64,000 bases of DNA. It comes from Ramazzottius varieornatus (Eukaryota; Animalia; Tardigrada). This document shows, piece by piece, positions 1-12,445 of this stretch (the stretch's first letter is position 1; each line of letters begins with the position of its first letter). Under the pieces are notes generated by a model. It did not search any database and was not told the DNA's origin. It saw only the letters and a program-made list of their open reading frames with translations. Made by a program: the position numbers and the translations under genes. The DNA is taken from positions 129,036 to 193,035 of the forward strand of contig BDGG01000015.1 in NCBI GenBank assembly GCA_001949185.1, written 5' to 3'.

Positions 1-491
1 GGCACTGTCCAAGAACTACTTCCAGCTGTGTTGCCCTATGTCGCGCCCTTTGTCAAGGAAATTCGAGACGTGAGTAATGGTCCTTGACTTATAATTAGTA
101 GTTTTCCTCGCGTGAACCATTGACTGAATTTTTTGGACTGCTTCTTTATATGGATACATTTGTAGGTTGTGAATAACTACCACGTGACCAAGCAAATCTC
201 CCCCGAACAGGCCGATGTCCAAAATTGTCGAGTACGCGAAGGACTTTTACGAAGCCATGGACCAGAAGTGCCACAAGGAGAAGGTTCCAATGGAAGGAGA
301 TCCAGTACCTCAAAACTGCTGTCAGCGTTGTGGTCGTTCTGATGTTGATCGAAGGTACGTGCCTGCCTTATGCGTTCTGCAATTACGTGTACAATTCTTA
401 TCGCTTTTGCTATAATAATCATGGTGGCACTCTTGCAGGCATCTGCTTCGTCTTGTTCCTCAATAAGGATCGTCTCAATCACCGGGAGTGA
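1..491 (+). other. Possible 3' end of a spliced gene or pseudogene (partial; C-terminal hydrophobic segment)
   Basis: Splice-like sites at GAC|GTGAGT (~69), TGTAG|G (165), GAAG|GTACGT (~354) and TTGCAG|G (~438). Translation includes the hydrophobic stretch AVSVVVVLMLIE/GICFVLFL. Reading frames do not join cleanly. Confidence 0.25.
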
Positions 492-734
492 TGGGCGCTC
501 TGCGTGCTCAGCCGAATACCGCCTAACCTTTGTTCAAGCAGTATACACGTTCAAGCCGTATTTTCTACAGTACTCTGTCTGTCTCTGTTCAGCTTTACTT
601 ACTCTGCTTTGTCTCATGTACACTTCTTTGTTGGCTAACTCACAGTACAGACGGGTTGAATGTTCATCAACTGCGCTGCTTATGGCATTGAATGTGAACA
701 GCCATGAATACTTGAGACGCAGCAGTTCTTAATT

Positions 735-965
735 AATAAAAATCAAAAATCTCCACATTTGCATAATTTTAGGGAAAAAACAGTGTCATTCAAGGGTTTT
801 TTTCCTCCTCCCACGGGCGACGAAATTTCAATGTTTCTTTGCCGGCTTCTTTGCGTGCGGCCTTTTGCGGCATTTTAGAGTTCGATGCAGCTTTTTTCTG
901 TACAAGATAGGCTAAGAAGAGCACCTTTCGGAATTTTCGCATTTATGGGTACTTGACAGTACCCA
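735..965. repeat. Dispersed repeat, diverged copy of 7890-8110 (probable DNA transposon end)
   Basis: Both loci share, in the same order, AAAAAACAGT.TCAT, a T-rich run, and GCCGGCTTCTTTG..TGCGGCC.T.TGCGGCATT. Confidence 0.5.
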
Positions 966-1179
966 ATTGCAGTATGAACGGCCTGCCATTGCCCGTTATT
1001 AGTGTAATCTCGTATTTAGCGGCGCACCTGTCCACTGCTGTCTACGAAAGGTGGTATAGGCTCAGACGAGCGGTGGTGAAAAGTTGGCCTCAGTAAACCA
1101 CGGTGGTGAAAGGTGGTGTGTGGAGGCAGCGGTGTTTTTGGGGGGTGGACGTACGCCTTCCATTTATTTTAGTTTAGAA

Positions 1180-3237
1180 ATGGAGAAGGACCAAAGATCC
1201 ATAAGAGCTCGATGCTTGCAAAGACTCGCTGCAAGAAGCTGATTCACGCTGACAGGTACCGCAAATTCCGCATCGTCGCTGGCTCGTCCAGAAGAAATCA
1301 AAGAGAAGTTCGAGAGCACGTGAAGAACACTGTCTCCAGTCCTATCTCTCCCATCGCGATCCCAGGTAGCGTCGACAGCTATCTAGTCCACCCTCAAGAT
1401 AAAGCAGACCACATCAGCGACGTCTTCGCCAAAGAGTACGTCGAATGTCCAGTCCACTGCAAAGAAAGCCAAACTCCATCTGCGTGCCGTCTAACTTCAC
1501 CTTCCATAATCCACTGCCCTGCACTCCACATTTCCACTTCCACCATTGTGAGCAACATTCGAAAGCTAGACGCCAACAAAGCAGCCCGATTCTTCCTCAT
1601 TACGGATCGGCTTCTCAAGATCGCGGGCACGTCCATCATCTACCCGTTGTCAAGACTCAACATGATACTCTAGTCAGGAAAGTTTCCAACAACCTGGAAG
1701 ATGGCAGACGTCGTCGCCGTGCCAAGGAAAGGAGGCTCCGCTTTTCGTCCGATCTCGCTCCTCCTACCACTATCCAAACTCTTCGAAAAGATTCTCTCCG
1801 AGCATTCTCAGCAGCTTCCTCAGTTCCAACAAGTTACTCTCTGATTCTCAGTATAGTTGTAGGCGCCAGCGGTCGACGGAGATGCAGCTCTTTCAGATGT
1901 CACACCACTTCGCTCAAGTTCTTCTGGAGAGAAAAGCTGACGTCATTTTTCTGGACTGCACCAAAGCCTTCAATCGGCTACCGCATGACGTCATCGTCAA
2001 CAGCCTTCGCAAGCATGGCGTGGATGGCTGCCTCCTGGCGCTTTTCTCCGACTACTTGAAGGACAGAAGTCAGCGGGTAATGGTTGATGGCTTCTTTTCA
2101 GGAGAGCGTGAAGTTAAGTCTGGAGTTCCTCAAGCTTCGATTTTGGGACGTGTTCTCTTCACTGTCGCAGTCGATGGCCTGTCTGGAGTGGTCAGCTCTA
2201 AGGTACTCCAGTGCGCAGATGACATCGTTCTCTACCGAAAGGTGAACAGCGAAGCAGACTTCGTCGCCCTGCAAAAAGACCTGGACAGCCTCATGAAGTG
2301 GTGCTGGACGGCGGCCTCGACATGAATTCCAAGAATTCACAACTTCTCCGTATCTCGACCAAGAAGAACAAGACTGCCATTCCAGCCGGAAACTACACCT
2401 TCGACGCCGAAGTCATCCCAACTAAAGCCGAAGCTGAGTGCCTGGGAGTGACCTTTTCAAGCCGGTTAGATTGGACCGGACAAGTGGACAAAGTAGTTGC
2501 CAAATGCAGAAAGAGACTCTACGCGATCAAAGCCTTCTTCCCGCGGCGCTTCGGTGTGGTGAAGCAGCTGCTCTTCAAGAGTCTCGTCCGATCGGTGATG
2601 GACTACGCGTCGTCGTCGTGGTACAGTACGGGAAAGGGTCTGCAGAAGAAGCTCGAGAATATTCAGAAGAAGTTCCTGCAGACAATTCGCTTAGGCTGTT
2701 TGGGAGGCAGCGAGCGGCATGTCGTGGACTTCCGGCAGTACCGACAACACCTGGCTAAAGTAGACTGGCATCCATTGTGGCAAAGAAGATTAGAAGGTAT
2801 TTTACTCAACGCATTTAAGATCTGGAAGGGAATGTTTGCAGGTGGCCAGCTCATCATGAAGAGAGACATGCCAAGAAGGACAACAAGAAGCCAGGCCAAA
2901 GAATTTCTTTTGGCGCCCGTAATCTTTGCGCCAGCGTCCTGTAAACTGTTAGACTCGACGATAGTCTCTCTCGCTACGTAACCGTACAGATTCTCAAAGA
3001 TGCTCTCTTCTGCCCTGGTCTTGGTCAACTTCTTTAGGTTGGTGCCTTTAAGAACTATCTGGCGACCTTCAAATTCTCCAATACGAAATGGTGCTTGGTT
3101 AGTTGTTTGAATTTCCACTATACTTTTGTATAGCTCTCTGTTTCTACGGCTTTCTTGCCACATTTGTTCGAATTTTTCCTGTAAGCACTTTGCATGGCAC
3201 AGCAGTCGGACAGATAAAGGTTATTATTATTATTATT
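1180..3237 (+). mobile_element. 5'-truncated, frameshifted non-LTR retrotransposon (CR1/L2/Jockey-group LINE), reverse transcriptase remnant
   Basis: RT motifs DVIFLDCTKAFNRLPH, SGVPQASILG and QCADD (YADD mutated), followed by the typical C-terminal block LFKSLVRSVMDYASSSW...KLENIQKKF, spread over frameshifted ORFs 1212-2981. The 3' UTR ends in GATAAAG plus a (TTA)n tail at 3221-3237. Confidence 0.92.
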
Positions 3238-4229
3238 CCCTTTCTTTGAAATAGAACACTTTATAGGAGATAGTGGTAAGTGAGCATTACCAGTCTGATC
3301 AACACTAAGCCTCATAAGTAAGTGGGCACCCTATGTCCGCGATGAAAAATTCATACTGTCCAGACTCGCCCGATTCCGACCTTTCGAAAACTCTCGGAAA
3401 GATGGGTATTTTTGCTTTCTGCTCGTGTGACTTTCAGGCAATCATACCAACAAATTAACTGACACCAGTTATCCTGCGAACCCGAAACTGCATCATGTTC
3501 GGGCCTGTGACGTTGGCTTCGGCTTTGGGCAAGCAAGACAGGTTTTTTGAAATTTGTAATTTTCTTTCCCACGATAAAATTGGGTAATCATTGGGCTTTG
3601 AACGAGCATACGTGAGAATATCTTAAGCCTCCACAGAGAAAGTTTTCTATCATCCCGCTGTAAGTCTTTTGAAAGGTAAAATGTGCTTTTTCTGGTTTCA
3701 GCTCAAGACTTTCTTATTGAAACCAAACTTCATTCTCTAAATCAGGAAGCCTGAGCATCGTTTTGATGCGGCAAGTATCTGGATGAGATTTGGCAGGCGA
3801 CACATGGGTTTATGTGGCTTAGCGTAGTGGCCAGTGAAACCCCGGGACACACACTCACTAAACTCAGAGCCAAGTCGCGCCTGCAGTAATCGTTAGATCC
3901 GAGGAGACCATTGTAACACATGGTCCTCGACTGACTGAAGTTCCAATCCAGAGCCCTTGATTGGTTGCCGCTAATAAATTACTTCTTTTCAAAGTTACCT
4001 TGGAAAAAAACTGTCCTTCATGGCGATGTTCGATTACTTTGCTAGAAACCTACGTAGGTCAGTCCGTCAGCGTGATGCAGGGTGATCAATCCATTTCACG
4101 GCGCTTATTGATGAGGGTAGTGAGGGACGGTTGACTGGCGCAAAACCCAGGGCTTCGAAGCCAACAGGGTGCGCGATTCTGACAGGGAACGCCTCAGCGT
4201 TACGGCTTGTGTGAGCCATGCCTGATTTT

Positions 4230-4755
4230 CAGCGTTGAACAAGTACTGGCTCTTCGGTACTCGGTAAGGTGAAGTGTTTCGGCTCGCCTCGCAGGTAAAG
4301 TATCGTTATTTGGCAAAATTCACAGGTAATACCGGCGGTAAAGTACTGTCCGAAAAGAATACCAAAATTACGGCGAAAAATAATTCGCGCACCTACATAC
4401 ACTATAACGCTGACGGACAGTAGCTGCATGGGCTACACACTTCGCACTGAGTGAGTGCACAAAAGCGCTAGTTGAAGTACGGTCGAACGTAGTACAGTGC
4501 CCCATACGAGCAGCGCCGTGTTCTGAGCTAAAAAATGCTAATATTTCTGACAGTCGAACCGAAGCATCTAGTACTTTTGCGGTACTTTCGGTGATTACCG
4601 CCAGCCTTCAGTACCCGTTATTACCGGGTAAATTCCTGAAATACCTCCCGTAAGGTACAGGTATCGGCTGTCGGTACCTGGTAAAGTACAAGCAGTGAAA
4701 AATCGGTACATAGTACAGGTGTTGCCGGGTAGTACCGGTACTTTGTTCAACCCTG
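4230..4755. mobile_element. hAT-like MITE (526 bp)
   Basis: TIRs CAGCGTTGAACAAGTACTGG / CCGGTACTTTGTTCAACCCTG. Flanking 8-mers CTGATTTT and CTCATTTT match 7/8 (TSD). Subterminal GGTA/TACC motifs are repeated. Confidence 0.8.
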
Positions 4756-5279
4756 CTCATTTTTGATGACACAGTGATTGCACGTGCATTTCGTTGGCCG
4801 AGTTTACTCCCCACGCAAAGGCAGTTCCGCCCTACTGAAATCCGGCGTCTTTTGTGCGCATCTTTTTTGGAACCTTCACACCTCTGATGTAAGACACAGG
4901 TTCCATAGCTGTAGAAAAAAGAGACCGAGAAACCGATCAGTTGGGCGAAACTTGCATGCGCTAGGCGCGAAATCAGCCACTGAACTACCCATGCACGCGT
5001 TGCATCATTAAACTGAGCCGTGACTTATACAAGCCGTAACACCCATGCGTTCTGGAGTCGCGCATCCCATTGCCTTCGTGGCCTTTTTTGCGCCACTTAC
5101 CGTCAGTCACTAGCAGTGTTCTATTCAGTTATGCGCTAGAGAAGATTTGAGTTGGTCTTTTTTTTGAGTGAGACTGTAACTACATCTGAGAATAAGAATA
5201 AGAATAGATACAACCCTGCACTCAATGTGATATTGTCTGGAGTAGGGCGTCGTGAACTGTTAGAGCGTGTACGTACTTG

Positions 5280-6314
5280 GTTCAAAGTTACTGCAGTACG
5301 CGGACGACATTGTACTGTACAGGAAGATCAATGGGGAAGAAGGCTGCCTCGCTCTACAAGGAGATCTGGACAGCCTCATGAAGTGGTGCTGGACGGCGGC
5401 CTCGACATGAATTCCAAGAATTCACAACATCTCCGTATCTCGACCAAGAAGAACAAGACTGCCATTCCAGCCGGAAACTATACCTTCGACGCCGAAGTCA
5501 TCCCAACTAAAGCCGAAGCTGAGTGCCTGGGAGTGACCTTTTCAAGCGGGTTAGATTGGACGGGACAAGTGGACAAGGTTGTGGCCAAGTGCAGACAAAG
5601 ACTTTATGCAATCAAAGCCTCTTCCCGCGGCGCTTTGGTATGGTGGAACAGCTGCTTTTCAAAAGTCTCGTCCGATTGGTGATGGACTGCGCATCCTCGT
5701 CATGGCACTGTACGGGAAAAGGCTTACAGAAGAAGCTTGAGAGCGTCCAGAAGTTCCTGCAGAGCATTCGGCTGGGGTGTCTCGAAGGAAACGGACGGCT
5801 CGACTCAGATTTCTCGCAGTATCGACAGCAAAGTAGGGTGGCATCCGCTGTTGCAGCGAAGGCTGGAAAGTATTTTACTGTTAAGATCTGGAAGGGATTT
5901 TTGCAGGTGGCGACCTGATCATGAAGAGGGCAGTGTCTGGTCGGTCAACAAGACGCCAGTCCAAAGAATTTTTTTAGTCCCTGCAAGCTTTGCCTCCGCT
6001 TGGTGTAAACTCTCAGACTCTACCACTGCCTCCTTCGCCTACGTAGCTTCTGAAATCTTGAGAGATCCTGTCTTCTGTCGAAACCTGCTTTCTGCGGTAG
6101 ATTCAAAAACTTCCTGAGCGTTTTAGATTTTCAGATCTGAAATGGTGCAGGGACTCTCGATCCTCTGCTGATTGTTTAGCTGTTTTTGCTGTACTTTTGT
6201 ATGGCTCTCTTTTTCTACGGCTTTCTTGCCACCTTTCTTCAGTTTTGTCCTTCAAGCGCTATGCCTGGCAGAGCAGTCGGACAGATAAAGTTATTATATT
6301 ATATTATTATTATT
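5280..6314 (+). mobile_element. Second 5'-truncated LINE copy of the same family as 1180-3237
   Basis: Begins at SKLLQYADDIVLYRKI and is homologous to 2197-3237. Same 3' end AGCAGTCGGACAGATAAAG followed by a TTA-rich tail (6291-6314). Confidence 0.92.
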
Positions 6315-6365
6315 CTGAGATACACGGAGGCCATGTGGTAGACAGCGGAAGAGCTACTAATGACG

Positions 6366-7621
6366 TACACTCCGCCAAGCCAACTTGCTACCACTTCTTC
6401 GGAAAATGGTATACATTCCAGAACGAAATCAAAATTTCCAATCTAATGCTGTATAATTTCCCTTCTTGTACAGCATCTTCTGAACACAAGTTCTCCAGGA
6501 AAAAAGTGATTGACGGATGATTCCGAAGTCTAAGTTCCCGCAAACCTTTTTAAGGACCCTGAATAGACCCCCTATGCTGGAAACCTAGCGTTCACGTAAA
6601 ATGTAATTAAAATTTCGTTGGTGGCATAATCCCAAGGACCTGAATCAGGAATTCTGGCCATCTGATGATCCTCTGGAATGTAATCTCTTCCAGCCAATTT
6701 TGGGTCAGAATCGCAACATTTGATTTTGCGCTGTCGAAATGCACCATAAGATCCTTTAAACTTTTGGAGTAAAGTCGTGGGATTCTTTTCGGCGACAATA
6801 CATTGTTAATGAAGTACGGCGCTTTGATTTTGTATTCCCGTCAACAACATAGGGCTTTGACATTCCCTTTCAGCAGATCCCAATGGCGACCAAAATCTTT
6901 CTGGGCCATTGCTTCACCGGCTTTTTGCGCCAGTCGTGCGGATATTATAGAAGTGCGTCGATGTAGTCTCCGTCGGTGTTGCAGTCATCCAGAGTTATCT
7001 ATGTTTCATCCAAGGTGAAGACTTCCTTGGCCCTGTCACCCCACAGATACGAGATGAACAGTTTTCATCGCCGGTACCTTTGTTCCTTCTGAGCATCCGT
7101 AAACTTGTGCAATCTCTTCTTTTTGAGCGCGTCCAGATCCAGATCGAGCTTGATGCTGTTGCTCACAGTACCTCTGTTACATCCGAGCTCTCGGGCAAGC
7201 TTTCGTTAGGAATTCAGACACTTTTTGGAGATGGCTGTTTGCACCTTCTTGATGGCGTCGTGCGTACCGAAGGAAAGTTTTGCGGAGGCAGCTGTCTCGC
7301 AGGTTTGGCCATCCGATTCCGTTCGTTCCTCCTTTTCTGATCAGCTTGCCAATCGTTTTGTAATGGATAGAAAACCGGAGGCTCAGAAGTTGCTCAGAGA
7401 TTTGCTACACGAAAACGGTGGATATATAGTGCTACCACCACCGCCTTCGTTTCAGAACAAGTTTCCGAACCCATTTCGAAAGGAAACGTGACAAGCGACA
7501 TCTCAAAAGGTGCGGAATTAAAAAAGGAATCATGGAAACAGCTGAGATGACAGATTTTTGAGAAGGGTTTTCGTTTGCAGCCGGGTTTCAGGTGGTAGCA
7601 AGTTTGCTTGGGTGGGGTGTA
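6366..7621 (-). mobile_element. Full-length decayed Tc1/mariner-superfamily DNA transposon (DDxD, maT-like transposase pseudogene)
   Basis: TA-flanked ~30-bp TIRs: TACACTCCGCCAAGCCAACTTGCTACCAC and GTGGTAGCAAGTTTGCTTGGGTGGGGTGTA. Minus-strand translation gives the HTH RKLARELGCNRGTVSNSIKLDL, VFTLDET, VHFDSAKS..TQNWL, a WP..(S)PD..PWDY-like motif and SWRTCVQKML. Multiple stops and frameshifts; length ~1.26 kb. Confidence 0.88.
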
Positions 7622-9124
7622 TCTGCCGAAGTCACCAACTGGCATTCGCGCAGCTGCGTGACTTGACTTTTTGTGCGTACAGGAGTCCACACGGTGATCC
7701 CTACAAGGTTTTGGAAATTTATAGTAAAATCGCTTCTACAGTAGAGGTAATTTTCGAACTTCACCTTATTCGACAGACCACGTTTCAACTTTGATTTTCG
7801 ACCATGTCTGTTCAGCAAAGCAATGATGGTTTGATTGGTGTGACCCATGAAAAATCTTTCAAAAGCATCTTACTCCAAATAAACAAATTCTAATTTAATA
7901 TAAAATTCATATATGCCAATATCACTAGAAGTACTGTAAATCGCCCAGTAAAAAAACAGTATCATGCAGAGCGTTTTTTCTTTTCCAGGGGCTCTAAACT
8001 TTCAAAGGTTTTTCGCCGGCTTCTTTGTCTGCGGCCATCTGCGGCATTGCCATGCAAATAAAAGCCCTTTACGGAGTTTTTGCAAGATTTAGGGTTCTAT
8101 CTGGACAGTCCTCAAGTGTTTTTATGTCTGGACGAACCTACGGCTGTCGGAGGGAGGGATTGATGATCCAAAATTTTGCCGTTCTTATTTCACGTAGATC
8201 ACTCACTTACCACAGTTCCTGAAGTCCTCGAGTTCCAAGTCTATAGCGCTTCAGTATCGCGGGTCTTCCTTGCGCGTATTCCTTGCTTTTCCAATAGTAA
8301 CACTGGGATTCTTCGCTCCGATCTTTCTTCGGTCGGCCATAAGACGTGAAACTGAATTTCTCTGGGTGTTCTAAATCTGGTCTCGGCGGAGTGTTGGTAA
8401 GTTTTGGCTGTACCATGTATAACGAGGACAAATCTCTGATGCTGCAGCCCGGCTTTGAATGGTTTGCAGTGAGGCCGGTGTGAATGACGAGCGGGTCGAC
8501 AGGATACCATTGATCAGGCATGTATGACTCCACATAATTCTGCAACACACAACTTGTCAAGCGCAGTTCTTCGACGAGATTCTTGGAGTTCTTTGGCATT
8601 AAGCAGCAGCATGTATTGAAATCAACAACCTTAGCGGCTTGGGGCTCGTTGCCTAAAAAAGGATGTTAAACTAAGACTGCTGACGTTAGGTTTCCGAAAA
8701 TCGTTAGACAGCCCAGTCGGGAGTGGCCGTCTCGCAAACATTTTCCAGTGGCTAAATATCTCAACAAAGTTTCAGTGTAGGTTCCAAGGGCGCAAAGATG
8801 GTGGTAGCAGGAGATGTCATGGAGTAAATCCAGAATGGTCAGTTCAATCATTAGAACTGTTCAGTAACTGCTTGACTCTACCAGAGCGCCCCCTCATTTG
8901 CTGGTCCTATCGATGGCGGACGCAGGAGACAGCAGGAGCTAAACTGGATTTGTATCTCTGGACAGTGAAAGCAAAAATTCCTAGGATCGACAATACGATA
9001 TTGAGGACTGTTTTTCCAAATAGTTGGGGAGTGCAATAAGTCTTGAACCAAAGCCCACATGAAAGCGATTTTCTTCACAGCGCGCCTTTAGAAGATAGGC
9101 CATTTCCTCTAACCGATACGAGGT

Positions 9125-9295
9125 AGAGAAAGACGCGTCTGCCCAGTGTAAAAAAGCCTGAAGTTGTATCAACAAGTTTACGATGAGATATCAACCAAGC
9201 ACTGATAAGAAAGCTTAAAATTTTCGCATTACCCGAATGATGGCCTGTACCTCGTAGCTAGATGACTAACTTTTCGATTCTGAGTCAGAGCTCCT
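9125..9295 (+). repeat. Dispersed ~170-bp repeat (copies at ~10175-10305 on + and ~16418-16590 on -)
   Basis: AAGTTGTATCAACAAGTTTACGA...AACCAAGCACT...GGCCTGTACCTCGT occurs here, in diverged form at 10.2 kb, and as the reverse complement at 16.4-16.6 kb. Confidence 0.8.
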
Positions 9296-11999
9296 TGGCG
9301 AATCATTTCGACCACCTTTTTCTTTCGGCCTTCCCGATACGCAAAAACGCTTTCTTCACGTTTCGACGTTTTAAAATTGCGTGGTTAACATGCCATGATC
9401 CTTTCCCTTAAAATTTGTACGCGTGATATGTGAGTTAAAGATATATCCGTGTACGCAAAATCAGCCGCGTCGATCGCCATCCAGTTTCCCAAAATGTCTA
9501 CCCTTTCTGTAACGGTGGCCGCTTTGGATCAATCAAGAGCCAGTACTTTCGAAGCAGAATCAGTAATACTCGGTTTTCCACGTCACTTTCGTTCGGGTTT
9601 AGTTTTGGATTTTCCAGACTGATTTAGGAGGCAAAATCCGGAACACCCAGTTGCAACTAATGGGATGGTACCCTACTGAATTGCGCAGCAGGTGATTTTT
9701 GGAAAAGGTTTTTGATTGCAGTGACTTTATCTCTTGCTGCGCGCGTTTTGGGTATCAGTATTGACCGAAACATACTTTCTTCGAACCTTTATACGACGCA
9801 AGCTAAGCTCCAGTGGATGAGGAAAGAGAACCAGCTGAACCAGTCCCCCCGCGTTTTTGTTCTCATGGAAATCTGCGATGTTACATGTGTGAGAAACAGG
9901 AGTCGGAATTCCGCTCCGAATTTCGTTCTAGGGAGAAGATCAGGCGGAAAGCGTATCCTTAAACTTTAATATTTCTTGTTCGTCTTCACATTGGAGCCGG
10001 CGGCGAGACACCGTCTGGTCTACGTCTACACGTATTCAGGTATCGGGCTCCGTTGATAGAAAGCCCTGAACGCCATTTTCTGTGTCAGTCGTGAGGGCGA
10101 GGGCCCCGGGGTGGGAGTCGGGAGCTCCCAGGCTGTGCCTTCTACCCCTCGTTGATGACGTCACAAGGCAGATCTCTGCCCAAAGTTGTATTAAAAAGTT
10201 TACGACGAGAATACAACCAAGCGTTGATAACAGAGCTAAACTTATTGCATTGCCTGAACTGTGGTGCGTAAATCGCTATGGCTTAATTATGGCCTGTACC
10301 TCGTTCCCTTAAAACATGAGGTACCTGGTGCTCGCACAGACGGAGAAATAGTTTTTCGATAAGATTCAGAAACTGGTTTTTGATTTTCCTCTTAAACTCG
10401 CGTGTTCCGTCAGGTTATTCCGTCACGTTAATTCAGTTTCTCGAATAAGCAAGAGAGGTCTTTCTTCCCGCTTCAACAAATAGCAACTAGCGCGTGAAGG
10501 GTATACGGAGAGAGAGTTGACATCTATCAGGAATTGAGACGCCGTGGGAGACAACAAAAGTTTTCGAAACCCGGTGGGTGATCTGGTAGCGCACCAAGAT
10601 ATATTCCAACCCCTCCCCCCTTCACTTGCGCACTCTTGCTTCGTAGTAAAACTTTTTTCTCGAGTCTTAAAAGCGGGCATGCCTGACCCTGGTACTCAGA
10701 GATCGGATCGATATACTCGAACACATACAAGGAAAAAATGGAAAATCCTGGGAAACAAAATTATTCCTGGTTCGAGCTGACACATCTGGACTTCGAAATT
10801 CGTGGGCTTGACCGTCGACCACGAAATTACGTCAGCAGACCCAAGGATTTTTGAAACACAAGCCAACGGCAGTCTGAGCCCCACTAATTTCAGCCAGTAT
10901 GCCGCGCCCGCCAGTCAGTCTACTTGGTAGTTCAGTTACTTTTGAGCCACCCTTACATGACCTTGGTTTGTCTCTGCACACCCTTCGCCAAGTTACAGTT
11001 TGAAACTGAAGTAAATCAACTTTGACGATGAATGTAAAATTAAGCCAAGAGACAGGAAAAGATTTTGGGCCATTAGAACATCCCACGCAAACTTCTACAT
11101 GGAACGTTCGAGCTGTGGCTAAGATCTAATTTATTTGGACAACTGGTTTTGGCCTGATCGAACGGACAAAATTTTAGGACCTAGCCTTAATTATAGATAC
11201 AAACTGGTCGCTCGTCTTCGGCTCGCTCGCAGCTTGCTGTGAGTAGGTACCGTGGGTCCTGAATTTTGTCTTAAACAGAAATTGGTTCGTTGTTTTAGCT
11301 TGTAAGAACGAATGGTTACGTTCCGCTGGTCAAATAAAACGAGATTAAGTTCCTTGCGATTGAGCAGATAAATCAAATAAACTACAACTAATTGGTTTTG
11401 AACATCATGGTTTATGAGAGCATTTGCTGAATACTCTGAGAGGTTGCAAAGCTCGTGGTAGTTTGAGATAAATGATGGAATAAAGTACTAAAGCCGACCA
11501 TCATAGTTTGCCTGGCGGTGATTCGTCCTCAAAGTTAAAAATAGCCGACGCAAATGCAATTGTGATTGACTGATTGTTCTGAGTGATTACTCTGCGCTAG
11601 TCGGCCATCGGCTACGCTTCGCAACGCGTTTTGCAAGCCAAAATATTACTGAAGGCAAATCAGAGTAGTTTGTAATCGGGGAAGAGTTTCCTTCGGAACC
11701 CACGTACGAAGCCCCTTTCCGTTCCGTGAATCGCGAAGCAAATCATTAGTTGTAAATTTTTTTTCATTTCTGAATGAAATCTTTTGTTCAAACAATCTGC
11801 ACAAAACGCTAGGTGTCTATTCTAGGATTGCTGGTGCGCATGCTGATGAAACGGTTACGTAGGAAGTATCGGTTCTACAGATTGACACTTATAGCACGAC
11901 CGTACCCTTTGTGAATACATTGCCTCATTTTTATTCGCATTCGAAGTTTGGCGTTTCGCCTTTCGGGATGGGAATGTTTTATTTCTTCGTAACTCGGAC

Positions 12000-12445
12000 T
12001 TAAGGATACGCATTCCGCCTGACCTTCTCCCTGGAACGGAATTCCGAATTCCGTTCCGTTCCTACTTTCGGTTTTCCAAAACGGCCAGATCAAAGATTGG
12101 AATTCTAAAACTGCAGTATAGAAGGCAAAAAATTATTCGGACGCTCGGCTTGGCCCCGGCTGACAAGCTCTACAGGATGGTTTTCTCAAGCGGTGCATGC
12201 TTTCAGCCAGTCACATATAAGTTCTGCGCCACTTGGAGAAACCAGCAGACCGAAATTGTTTGCTGAGCTCCCAAACAGTGCGGAACTGCGCCAATCGTCA
12301 CTAAATCTGGAAATTCCACTAAGGAAAACAGACTTTCGACGAGCGCAATTCCGGTGTTTCAAATCAAGATCAGCCGGAAAGGAACGGAATCCCTCTTTTC
12401 CAGGCGGAAATAGGAACGGAGCGGAAAACGGAATGCGTATCCATA
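12000..12445. mobile_element. MITE with GGATACGCATTCCG TIRs (Kolobok- or Harbinger-like); a solo end lies at ~9900-9962
   Basis: TTAA-GGATACGCATTCCG at the left and CGGAATGCGTATCC at the right, with TTCCG/CGGAA subterminal repeats. The reverse complement of the left end, finishing in TTAA, is at 9900-9962. Confidence 0.65.
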
